Shown here piece after piece: positions 1 to 8,204 of a DNA stretch of 64,000 nt; position 1 is the stretch's first letter; the number at the start of each line of letters is the position of its first letter. The notes below the pieces were generated by a model. It did no database searches. It had not been told where the DNA came from and saw only the letters and a list, made by a program, of their open reading frames with translations. Both the position numbers and the translations under genes were made by a program. This DNA is from Thermodesulfobacteriota bacterium (GTDB taxonomy: Bacteria; Desulfobacterota_D; UBA1144; Nemesobacterales; UBA2774), in assembly GCA_965223335.1 (NCBI GenBank), contig OZ244991.1:2496001-2560000 (forward strand), in the 5' to 3' direction.

Positions 1-364
1 AGACGTAGAGATAGACCTGGGGGGCGAGTGGCTCACCCGGGGCACAGGCGTGCCCGACGCCGTGCTCGAGGGCACACGCCTCGGACTCCCCGGCTCCCCC
101 CAACTCACAATAGACATCATGCAGTACCGTTCCACCCAAGCCGACCCCTCTACATGCTCGGCGGACCAAAAGGGGCTTAGACACATAGCGTTTGAGTTCG
201 ATAGCGTCGACGAGCTCAAGCAATGCTATGAAAGGGTACTTAGCTCGGGAGGAAGCACGCTCGGGGAGATCACCTCACGCAGGATCGAGGATCTGGGAGA
301 GGTCACATTCGTATACACCCTAGACCCCGAGGGCAACATCGTAGAACTCATCCACTGGCATTAG
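1..364 (+). CDS. VOC/glyoxalase family protein, 5'-truncated by the window edge
   Basis: Frame is open from base 2 (DVEIDLGGEWLTRGTGVPD...). Contains 'GLRHIAF' and C-terminal 'DPEGNIVEL', typical VOC motifs. Confidence 0.85.
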   Translation, partial: DVEIDLGGEWLTRGTGVPDAVLEGTRLGLPGSPQLTIDIMQYRSTQADPSTCSADQKGLRHIAFEFDSVDELKQCYERVLSSGGSTLGEITSRRIEDLGEVTFVYTLDPEGNIVELIHWH

Positions 365-584
365 TCCCCGCGACCCCAATTTGTCCCTACCTGCCGTTCG
401 CGATAAAACTACTCACTGGCGGTCCCCATCTCCTCATTTATACCCTGTCGGTCGCAAAAGACCGCTTCCTTGCGGTCCCCATCTCTTTTGTCTTTAGCCT
501 TTCCCTTATGGTGTCGTAGACACTAGTTCCGACATTCAGGCACTGAACCTGTACTCGTACGACATTTCCTTTCGCCTTTACACC

Positions 585-838
585 ATGGGATCATAAATCC
601 CAGTCCGACATTACGGCAATGGCGTATAGAAAATAATATTGAGAGGCGTTAAAAATGGATTTCGGGGCCGGGGTGGGATTATCCTCCCACGACCCCATCC
701 TATCCCTCCCTGCCGCTCATACACTACATTCGCTGGCGGTCCCCATTGGCACTCACCCAACGGTACTCCCTAAAAACGGGGTCTGTGACCCCTGATTTTT
801 GCATACTTTTGATCAAGCAAAAGTATGAAGTAAATAGG
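585..838. repeat. Copy A of a diverged hairpin-rich dispersed repeat (REP/MITE-like)
   Basis: 585-681 aligns by eye with 3549-3646, and 781-838 with 3692-3742. Hairpin stems are conserved and loops differ. Confidence 0.7.
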
Positions 839-1030
839 TAGTTAAGTATCGGTCTACTAGTATAATATCCCTAAGGTTGATGTAGTTCCATCATTTTTTG
901 CTGAATGGAGCGTCTACGAATTCATCTCCCCGTAATACAATCAGTGTTATAATTATATGACAAAGGACTAGTTAGATATGTAGATAAATACCGGTTCTCT
1001 TTCATAAAAAACACTAGGAAGGATGATGAA

Positions 1031-3106
1031 ATGAGAGATACAGTCAACAATTTCTCCATATTTATTCTACTAATAATCGGATTGAGTTTTATAGCAACCA
1101 CTACTGCTATGGCGCAGTCCACGCGCACAATTACTATTAACAACAACTGCAGCGATACTATCCACGTGGGCGCATTCCCAAGTGTAACATCCGTATTGGT
1201 GGGCCCGACGGCTGTCACTACGCTTGGCGGATGGACAATGGCATCGGGCGACACTGCCACTGTTACAGTGCCCAACAACTGGAACAGCGGGCGCTTCTGG
1301 GCGCGCACAGGGTGCAATTTTGCTACCGGCACCACCCCTGTGATCTGTCCCACACCCGGCCCTGGCAACACCCCTCCGGCTAACTGCTGCGACACGGGGG
1401 GATGTTTTAACTCGGACAATAATTATGGGCTTAACTGTGCACAAAGCGGTGGCCCGCCCGCCACACTGGCCGAGTTCACTTTTACTCCGGGAGCCCAAGA
1501 CAACTACGACGTCAGCATGGTAGACGGCGGTAATATCTCTGTGGATATCCTGCCCGATCCCTCCACCTACGACTGCTCCACAGACCAAAACTGCATATTC
1601 ACGGGCACTCTGCCCAACGGCAAAACTACATGCACGCAGGACTCGGACTGCTGGGCGCTTTTTGGGTTCGGTTACCAGTTCAAATGCGACACCACACTGC
1701 AACAGTGCGTTAACCCCTACAGGTGCGGGAGCCCCGGATGCTCCGACACCAACGGGTGCGCCCCTGACGGCATCACCCAGTCCCTGCTAGCGGGCTGCAC
1801 ATGGGACTCGGGTTCAGACTCAGTGCTCGCAATCCCCAAAAGCACCTGCCCCACCGAGCTCCAGTTCACCGACACACAGAACCAGGGCTCGACATACGTG
1901 GGATGCATTGCACCGCAAAAATTCTGCAGGACCGCCTGCACATCCAACGCCCAGTGCCCTGCTCCATTTACCTGCGGCACTACCTCTGGGTTCTGCGAGC
2001 GCTCAAACGGCGATATTTTAGGCGCCGACTGCGACACCGCATCTATACCCTGCAGTTCCAACAGCGACTGTGTCAGCCCCGCCACATGTGTAAACAATGT
2101 GTGTACAGGCGGCTCGGCTACAACCTACCAAGACCTATGGCAGTGCACCGGCACAAACGCAGGTTCGTGCTTTACCACTGGCTCCACCGACCCCAACTGC
2201 TGTGGCTGCCCTTCGTGGGCCCCCGGGTTCCCCACAGGCGCATGTGTTGCGGGCAATAACCCCGAGTGGCACACTGTGGCAGAACCCATCTGGGAAGTGT
2301 TCAACGACGCATGCGACTCTGCCTACTCATTCCCCTATGACGACACTATCAAACTGTTTACATGCATAGGATCCGGCGGCGGCGTGGTTAATTACACAGT
2401 GAATTTCTGCTGCGTTAATGCAGACGGCGACTCGCTTTGCAACGACGACGATGCAGACGGCGACAACGACGGCATCCCCAACGATACCGAGACGATCAGC
2501 TCAATTGTTTCAATGAACCTGGCCTCTTCGAGACAGGGCCCGCCCACAAACGATTTTGATAACGATAATATTCTAAACCACCTGGATCTGGACTCGGATG
2601 GTGACGGCATCCCCGACCACACCGAGTGTAACGGCAGCAACGACCAGAACCGTGACGGGGTATCCGATAACTTCTTCGACACTGACTCTGACGGCCACCA
2701 CGATCTGCACGACCCCGACCAGCAGGGGCTCGTACTGATCTGTGTTGATACCGACGGCGACGGCAACCCCGACTACCTGGACCACGACTCTGACGACGAT
2801 GGTAAAACTGACGCCAATGAGGCTGGTGGGACAGACCAGAACCAAGACGGCATATTGGACAATGCCAGCGACCGCAACCACGATGGGCTCGCGGACAGTG
2901 TAGAGCCCGATGAGGGCGGCACACCACTGCCGGTGCCCGACTCGGATGGGGACGGCACGGCTGATTTTAGAGACGCCGATTCCGGCACAGGAAACAACGG
3001 GTGCGCAATTGCATCACCTCAGACCGGCTTCTTACCGAACGCGCTTTATTTGATTATCCCTGCGCTAATATTGTGGAGACGGCTACTCAGAGAAGACCGC
3101 TCTTAG
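1031..3106 (+). CDS. Secreted thaumatin (PR-5)-like protein with Cys-rich insertions, DxDxDG (thrombospondin type 3-like) Ca-binding repeats and a C-terminal GC-TM-RR sorting tail
   Basis: Signal peptide; 'TITINNNC', 'SGRFWARTGC', 'PPATLAEFT', 'YDVSMVDG', 'CDSAYSFPYDD', 'YTVNFC'; many DxDGDG repeats; ends NNGCAIA...LILWRR. RBS aggaagga upstream. Confidence 0.85.
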   Translation: MRDTVNNFSIFILLIIGLSFIATTTAMAQSTRTITINNNCSDTIHVGAFPSVTSVLVGPTAVTTLGGWTMASGDTATVTVPNNWNSGRFWARTGCNFATGTTPVICPTPGPGNTPPANCCDTGGCFNSDNNYGLNCAQSGGPPATLAEFTFTPGAQDNYDVSMVDGGNISVDILPDPSTYDCSTDQNCIFTGTLPNGKTTCTQDSDCWALFGFGYQFKCDTTLQQCVNPYRCGSPGCSDTNGCAPDGITQSLLAGCTWDSGSDSVLAIPKSTCPTELQFTDTQNQGSTYVGCIAPQKFCRTACTSNAQCPAPFTCGTTSGFCERSNGDILGADCDTASIPCSSNSDCVSPATCVNNVCTGGSATTYQDLWQCTGTNAGSCFTTGSTDPNCCGCPSWAPGFPTGACVAGNNPEWHTVAEPIWEVFNDACDSAYSFPYDDTIKLFTCIGSGGGVVNYTVNFCCVNADGDSLCNDDDADGDNDGIPNDTETISSIVSMNLASSRQGPPTNDFDNDNILNHLDLDSDGDGIPDHTECNGSNDQNRDGVSDNFFDTDSDGHHDLHDPDQQGLVLICVDTDGDGNPDYLDHDSDDDGKTDANEAGGTDQNQDGILDNASDRNHDGLADSVEPDEGGTPLPVPDSDGDGTADFRDADSGTGNNGCAIASPQTGFLPNALYLIIPALILWRRLLREDRS

Positions 3107-3137
3107 TAACAGACACTATATGTGGATAGAATAGCTT

Positions 3138-3458
3138 TTAGCTAGCGTTTAACTTGGTAAGCACTTCCCTTTCTGCATCGGCCCGGTTCGTGAAATCCTG
3201 AAGCGGAGTTACCTCCCACTCCAATGCACCCCACATAGGCATCGAGCGTATAAGTCTGTCCACATCGTCGTTGGACTCGGCCTCGATAATAAACACAAAG
3301 GCCCTATCCCCTACCGGCAGCCCCCCAACAACCCTGCCCTCTTCTTCCATATCGATTAAAAATTTGAATGTTGGCAGTACCACGTCTTCCAGGACCTGTG
3401 CCTCTTCCTCAGGCGAGAAAAACCCCGGCCCCTCGGTTCCCATTACCAAATATTTCAT
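3138..3458 (-). CDS. Muconolactone isomerase-like small protein (dimeric alpha-beta barrel)
   Basis: 106 aa; 'FIIEAESNDDVDRLIRSMPMW...WEVTPL' pattern; RBS ggaggga. Confidence 0.65.
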   Translation of the reverse strand: MKYLVMGTEGPGFFSPEEEAQVLEDVVLPTFKFLIDMEEEGRVVGGLPVGDRAFVFIIEAESNDDVDRLIRSMPMWGALEWEVTPLQDFTNRADAEREVLTKLNAS

Positions 3459-3548
3459 AACTCCCTCCGCTATTGTTCAAGATCGTACAAGACTATACAA
3501 TACAATGATAATTTGTCACCAAATCTTTGGTATTTTGCCTTTATTCAA

Positions 3549-3742
3549 ATGGGATCAAAGATCCCACTCCCGACATCAGGGATATAGCGTAAAGAAAACA
3601 GGGTAGCGCGGAGTTAAAATTGATTTTCGGGGTCGAGGCGGGATCAAAATCAATAGCCTGCGCTGACATGTTTTTAGCGTATATCTCGTTAGTCGGTGAC
3701 TTTTGCATACTTTTTGTCACTAAAAAGTATGAAAGTAATAGG
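3549..3742. repeat. Copy B of the diverged hairpin-rich dispersed repeat
   Basis: Same orientation and block order as 585-838. Confidence 0.7.
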
Positions 3743-3888
3743 ATAGAATGTGTCGTCAGATAATCCTGAACACCTTAAATCTACAAACTCATTGTAATAT
3801 GATTTGTATTGTGTTGTTAAGCGGTGCGAGCCGTGTCCACGCCCCTGGACTATGCCCCCATTGCGATCTACAATAGTCCCTATCAGCG

Positions 3889-4242
3889 ATGAGTAATCCC
3901 AAGACCAACAAGCCCGGCCGGTGCCCCGCACACCATCGCCCTTCATGTGCACTATGTGGTAAGTGCAGCCACTGCGAGTTGAGTATAGATGCTGCGGGGC
4001 GGCGAACCCAGACTTTTTACAAGCTGCTCAAAAACAACTACTGCCCACAGTGCAGCCGCAAGCTACTAGACAACGGCTACGTGTGGTCCGATTATTACAA
4101 TGATTATGTGCTCCAGGCTGGTGCACCCGAGCCCACAGACGAGCTCCGCGATATACGCAGCAAAAAACAACCCGTCCAGCTCAACATGTTTGAGCCCCGT
4201 AACAAGCCCCCGTCCACAAAATCCCGCAGAAAGCGCAATTAG
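3889..4242 (+). CDS. Hypothetical Cys-rich, probably Zn-binding protein
   Basis: CPAH, CALCGKCSHC and CPQC motifs; basic C-terminus. Confidence 0.55.
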   Translation: MSNPKTNKPGRCPAHHRPSCALCGKCSHCELSIDAAGRRTQTFYKLLKNNYCPQCSRKLLDNGYVWSDYYNDYVLQAGAPEPTDELRDIRSKKQPVQLNMFEPRNKPPSTKSRRKRN

Positions 4243-4245
4243 TAA

Positions 4246-5871
4246 TTAACGGTCTGCGAGCTTTCTACGTCTCCATACCCTCACCGCCATCACGATCAAC
4301 GGCAGCAACAGATAGACAGGCACTCCGGGCCTCGCACCGGGGGCGGCCAGCGCACACCCGTTGTCATCGGTAGTGATAATAACTACCCTGTTAGTAAACA
4401 TCTGCGCCAAAGTGGTAACGATAGCGTCTACGTTAAAGTTGAGGTTCTCGTTAGGTGTCCTAAAGAACACTATTACCGTTACAGTCTGTCCCTCGATAAT
4501 ATCACCCAAGAAGCAGCTCACCGATGCACCCACAGTACAGCTCCCCTGTGTGGTCTGCGCATTCAATGCCACTAGCGGCGGCGAGAACTCGACATCAAAC
4601 ATCACGTCCTGCGCATCTGCCTTTGCCACTGTTAGTGGCGGTGCCTCGGGATCGGAACTCGCGACGGTCACCAGGTTGGGCTCCACTGTAATCGCATATT
4701 CAATCTGGAATTGTTGATCTCTCTCTATCTCTCTTCGGGCACTCCCCGATTCGATCACAACGCTAACAACCGGGTTCACAAGAGTATTTGTGGTCACTTC
4801 TCTCTCTATGTTGCCGGGGTTGGCCGTCATAGTAGCCGTATTCGACACTATTACAGGCACATCATCAAAAACAGTCGGGTCCGGAATCACAACAATAGTA
4901 ATCACAACCTCTTCGCTGGGCACCATAGTCGCAATAGTACAGGCCCCCTCTACAGGCGGCCCGGTATTAAACAGACAGTTAACCCCCTGTTTATCGGCCG
5001 ATATCTCGATCGGTATCAATCCCGGGGCCAGCACATCGCTCACCATAACATCGGTCGCCGTTTCGCTCGTATTGTTGTTGATAGTCAATCTATACTCAAG
5101 CTCGTTTCCCGCAACCACAGGGTCGGGCGAATCGGACTTTGTGATCTCGAGCCCCTCGAGCGTGCTTGTGTTTGTAAACGTACATGTGATATCCTCGTCC
5201 GGGTCCAGGTCTATTATCGCAGTCCTGGTGATTACGTTTGTCCCCGATCCCATATCGTCACACACTATATCGGTAAGTTCAAAGCCGCCCGGGGTCGCGT
5301 CGGGGTTAAGCTCTATCACGTCATATGATCCTGCCGGAATGTTATTGAATGTGCGCGACTCACCGTCGTCAAGCGTAAAATCGACAGGGCCTCCGGGGAT
5401 ATTATTGGTAAACTCAAAGCCCGTTGCACCGGGGGGCACACTCTCTTTTTCTATCGTTATCGTCCCGTTCCCCGAATTTGTAAATGTACATGTAACATCG
5501 TCGTTGTCCTTTAGGTCCACTACTACGGTCTCCGTAGCCAGGCTAACGTTGAATGTACTTCCATTCCCTCCAACTACAACACAGTCTATATCCGTTAAAT
5601 CGAACCCGCTTGGTATGTTAATCTCCTTAAGAGTGAATACAGACGGTGCCACAACAAACCCAGCCGACTGTCCGTCATCGAGCATTACAGTGGTGGTTAA
5701 AACCACTGGGTTGGATGTTATATCGATCTCAAACCCCCCGAACCCTGCCGGATCGGTATCCTTTGAGATCACAAGTGTGCCAGTCGCAAACGCATCTTGG
5801 CACAAAATCAAACTGCCCAAAACTACAAAAATTGCAATGAGTATGGAATGGTATCGTCCCCTAAGGTTCAT
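4246..5871 (-). CDS. Surface protein with tandem Ig/prealbumin-like domains and a DUF11 domain, GC-TM-RR C-terminal tail
   Basis: Signal peptide; repeated 'ITIEKES..P...F.F...TCTFTN' units; DUF11-like 'LEITKSDSPDPVVAGNELEYRLTINN'; ends DNGCALA...VWRRRK. Confidence 0.8.
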   Translation of the reverse strand: MNLRGRYHSILIAIFVVLGSLILCQDAFATGTLVISKDTDPAGFGGFEIDITSNPVVLTTTVMLDDGQSAGFVVAPSVFTLKEINIPSGFDLTDIDCVVVGGNGSTFNVSLATETVVVDLKDNDDVTCTFTNSGNGTITIEKESVPPGATGFEFTNNIPGGPVDFTLDDGESRTFNNIPAGSYDVIELNPDATPGGFELTDIVCDDMGSGTNVITRTAIIDLDPDEDITCTFTNTSTLEGLEITKSDSPDPVVAGNELEYRLTINNNTSETATDVMVSDVLAPGLIPIEISADKQGVNCLFNTGPPVEGACTIATMVPSEEVVITIVVIPDPTVFDDVPVIVSNTATMTANPGNIEREVTTNTLVNPVVSVVIESGSARREIERDQQFQIEYAITVEPNLVTVASSDPEAPPLTVAKADAQDVMFDVEFSPPLVALNAQTTQGSCTVGASVSCFLGDIIEGQTVTVIVFFRTPNENLNFNVDAIVTTLAQMFTNRVVIITTDDNGCALAAPGARPGVPVYLLLPLIVMAVRVWRRRKLADR

Positions 5872-6081
5872 CCCGAGCCTCCTTTAATCCTGCTATATTT
5901 TTTATTATATAATAAATTAGTAGTTGATATCAATAACCCATCAATTACCCCGGTTACATAACCAAAATTTCATACATCTTTCACATAAGCCCTCTAAAAT
6001 GGTTTTGTGTCCGGACAAATTCTTGATATGCTATATACATAGGCGGTGGAACGACATTACTATGGCGGGGGGAAAGAATTC

Positions 6082-6474
6082 ATGAACGAGATCCAAGAAG
6101 TATCCGAGCTGTTTTACGCAGCACTCAATTCACTGCTAAAAGGTAACATGGAACCGATGATAGAGATATGGTCCCATGCCGACGACGTCACCTATCTAAG
6201 CCCGTTCGGCGACCTGCGTGTGGGCTGGGATTCGGTGCGTCAGTGCTGGCAGGAACAGGCCGACCAAAACCTGGGCGGCTTTGTAGAGCCGGCCGATATG
6301 CATATTATCGTAAGCGGCGATATGGCGGTTACCAATAACTACGAACTGGGACATTCAAACGTCCACGGCAAAGAGACCGATATCAAAATCCGCGCTACCA
6401 ACACCTATCGCAAAGAAAACGGCCAGTGGAAAATGGTCGGCCACCACACCGACACTATCCCAGGATTTGAGTAG
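6082..6474 (+). CDS. NTF2/SnoaL-like (DUF4440-type) protein
   Basis: 'RATNTYRKENGQWKMVGHH' C-terminal motif. ATG at 6082 follows a G-rich RBS. Confidence 0.8.
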   Translation: MNEIQEVSELFYAALNSLLKGNMEPMIEIWSHADDVTYLSPFGDLRVGWDSVRQCWQEQADQNLGGFVEPADMHIIVSGDMAVTNNYELGHSNVHGKETDIKIRATNTYRKENGQWKMVGHHTDTIPGFE

Positions 6475-6512
6475 GGCTAACAGGCCTCCCCAACTCCGCA
6501 AAATTTTGCATA

Positions 6513-6541
6513 TTGACTCCAATATCCGATGCTCCTATAAT
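6513..6541 (+). promoter_or_regulatory. Sigma70-type promoter
   Basis: TTGACT (6513-6518), 17 bp, TATAAT (6536-6541). Confidence 0.75.
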
Positions 6542-6563
6542 TTAAATAGGAGGTGACAAGATC

Positions 6564-6593
6564 ATGGGAGATTGTGATAGTCCACCTTGCTAG
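6564..6593 (+). CDS. Candidate 9-aa small ORF MGDCDSPPC (or part of a structured sRNA)
   Basis: SD AGGAGGTG at 6548-6555, 8 nt before the ATG; lies between a promoter and a terminator. Confidence 0.4.
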   Translation: MGDCDSPPC

Positions 6594-6683
6594 AAAGTGT
6601 TTTTTTGACAGATTTAACACAAGCGAGGTTAGTTTAAACTCGCCAAAAATAGCTAGATGCTATTTAAGTAAAATTTAAACCTC

Positions 6684-6708
6684 AAAGGGAGCTTAGGCTC
6701 CCTTTTTT
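6684..6708 (+). terminator. Rho-independent terminator
   Basis: aaagggagc-ttag-gctcccttt followed by a T tract. Confidence 0.8.
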
Positions 6709-6790
6709 AATATGTGCCCCCTTTCTTAACTCCAATTATTCCAAAAAATGAATCTCTCAATACTAACCACATTATTTCGGAGTACAAAGT

Positions 6791-6844
6791 CTATCAAGAC
6801 TTGTCATGACATGTCTTGACATATCATGACATCGGTTTTATTCT
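6791..6844 (+). promoter_or_regulatory. TA promoter overlapped by four tandem 10-bp near-palindromic operator repeats
   Basis: ctatcaagac/ttgtcatgac/atgtcttgac/atatcatgac; -35 TTGACA 6816-6821, 17 bp, -10 TATTCT 6839-6844. Confidence 0.7.
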
Positions 6845-6862
6845 CTTATACAGGTGACCACC

Positions 6863-7084
6863 ATGGCAATAGAAAAAATATCTACGAAAGCCGACGAAAA
6901 ACTGTGGGAGGAAGTAAAAAACATCGCCGAAAAAGAAGGCAAGTATGTATACACTCTTGTTAACGAGGCGTTTTCGGACCTCATCCAAAAACGCAAGCAA
7001 ACTAGCCCCCGTAAGTCCGTCATAGAACAGTTCGCAGCCAGTGTAGACGAGCACCAGTCGCTCTATCAAAAGCTAGCCAAGTGA
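6863..7084 (+). CDS. Antitoxin with RHH-like N-terminus, partner of the Doc toxin
   Basis: Small protein with strand-helix-helix pattern; C-terminal 'SLYQKLAK'; 4-nt GTGA overlap with the toxin gene. Confidence 0.75.
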   Translation: MAIEKISTKADEKLWEEVKNIAEKEGKYVYTLVNEAFSDLIQKRKQTSPRKSVIEQFAASVDEHQSLYQKLAK

Positions 7085-7455
7085 CCCAATACCTGACCAC
7101 AATAGAAGTCCTCCACATGCAGCGCTACCTCGTCGATAGGTTCGGCGGTACACATGGCATACGCGACCCCGGCGCACTCGAGGCGGCACTCTACAGGCCT
7201 CAAAGCGGCTACTACAAAGACACCCTCGCCCAGGCTGCTGCACTTTGGGAGAGTGTGACCAATAACCACCCGTTTATCGACGGCAACAAACGAATTGGAT
7301 TCGCTGTCACAGACACATTCCTCAGGTTAAACGGATACAAAATCACTGCCGATCCCGACACTATCTATAAATTTATGGACGGCCTGTTCAACAACAATCA
7401 GTTCCGTTTTGACCGACTCGAACCCTGGCTCCGTAAAAATACAACGACCGTCTAA
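7081..7455 (+). CDS. doc: Death-on-curing (Doc/Fic family) toxin
   Basis: 'GIRDPGALEAALYRP' and the Doc motif 'HPFIDGNKRIG'. Confidence 0.9.
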   Translation: MTQYLTTIEVLHMQRYLVDRFGGTHGIRDPGALEAALYRPQSGYYKDTLAQAAALWESVTNNHPFIDGNKRIGFAVTDTFLRLNGYKITADPDTIYKFMDGLFNNNQFRFDRLEPWLRKNTTTV

Positions 7456-7500
7456 CCCCCACTCTCCTCTACTCACTCATAAACGTGTATTATTATTTGT

Positions 7501-8163
7501 ATGGTTGTTCAGATTGTCGTAATCCTTGCGATCATAGCTGTTTTAGCCGCGATCCTCATCCTCACCAACAAAAAGTACCGCTATTCCCACGCCTACTTGT
7601 TGTCCTGCGCAATTACCAAGGAAAAGCCCCCCACGCAGGAAATTCGCGACCTGGTAAATAACGTGCTGGGACGCTACCCCATCGAGTTCTATCACTCGCC
7701 CGATGCACTGTGTCAGGGAGTCGAGGTTTGGATCGCAGAGCTCGGGCAAAAACCCCAGAGCCACGAGTCCACTCCCATGTGTGCCGTGGTCACGGTCGAT
7801 ATCCCCACTCAGCCCGACCCCATTACGCTGCTCGGATACGAGGGCACCGACCCCGAGAATCCAACAGGCTCGGCGGCCTACTATTCCGATGCCCAGAGCT
7901 CTGACCTGCTCCAGGGGCTTCATAGATCTGCCGATCCCTCAAACAGCCTCCGGCACAACGGCCGCGGGTTCCTATGCTATACACAAAGCCCCGAGAAAGT
8001 CGGAGACCTCTTGCATGAAAGCTTTATTGATGCGCTCAAAGAAGAGCTGTCGGAATCGTTCGAGATAGTCGCACTCAGGGATAAATTTATGATAGTCCAG
8101 GCCCCCTTCCCCAGGTTAAAAGAGCTCCTGCCCCACATCCTTAAACTCCACGCCGCAGTCTAA
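7501..8163 (+). CDS. Hypothetical protein with N-terminal membrane anchor
   Basis: 220-aa ORF with a hydrophobic N-terminus followed by KK. Confidence 0.6.
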   Translation: MVVQIVVILAIIAVLAAILILTNKKYRYSHAYLLSCAITKEKPPTQEIRDLVNNVLGRYPIEFYHSPDALCQGVEVWIAELGQKPQSHESTPMCAVVTVDIPTQPDPITLLGYEGTDPENPTGSAAYYSDAQSSDLLQGLHRSADPSNSLRHNGRGFLCYTQSPEKVGDLLHESFIDALKEELSESFEIVALRDKFMIVQAPFPRLKELLPHILKLHAAV

Positions 8164-8204
8164 GCCCCAAGCCCTGCAATAAATCCTAGATTACTGCCTA
8201 GTCG

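Noticed and set aside
365..840. CRISPR array or retron msr-msd
   Set aside because: Repeats are neither identical nor regularly spaced; no cas or reverse transcriptase gene in the window.
2416..2980. DNA-level tandem repeats in the 3' part of the thaumatin-like gene
   Set aside because: Explained by encoded DxDxDG protein repeats; not an independent DNA element.
4790..5887. Long + strand ORF of 365 aa, and similar antisense ORFs such as 922-1419, 55815-56450 and 61885-62538
   Set aside because: Shadow frames antisense to well-supported genes, with low-information Ser/Val/Pro-rich translations.
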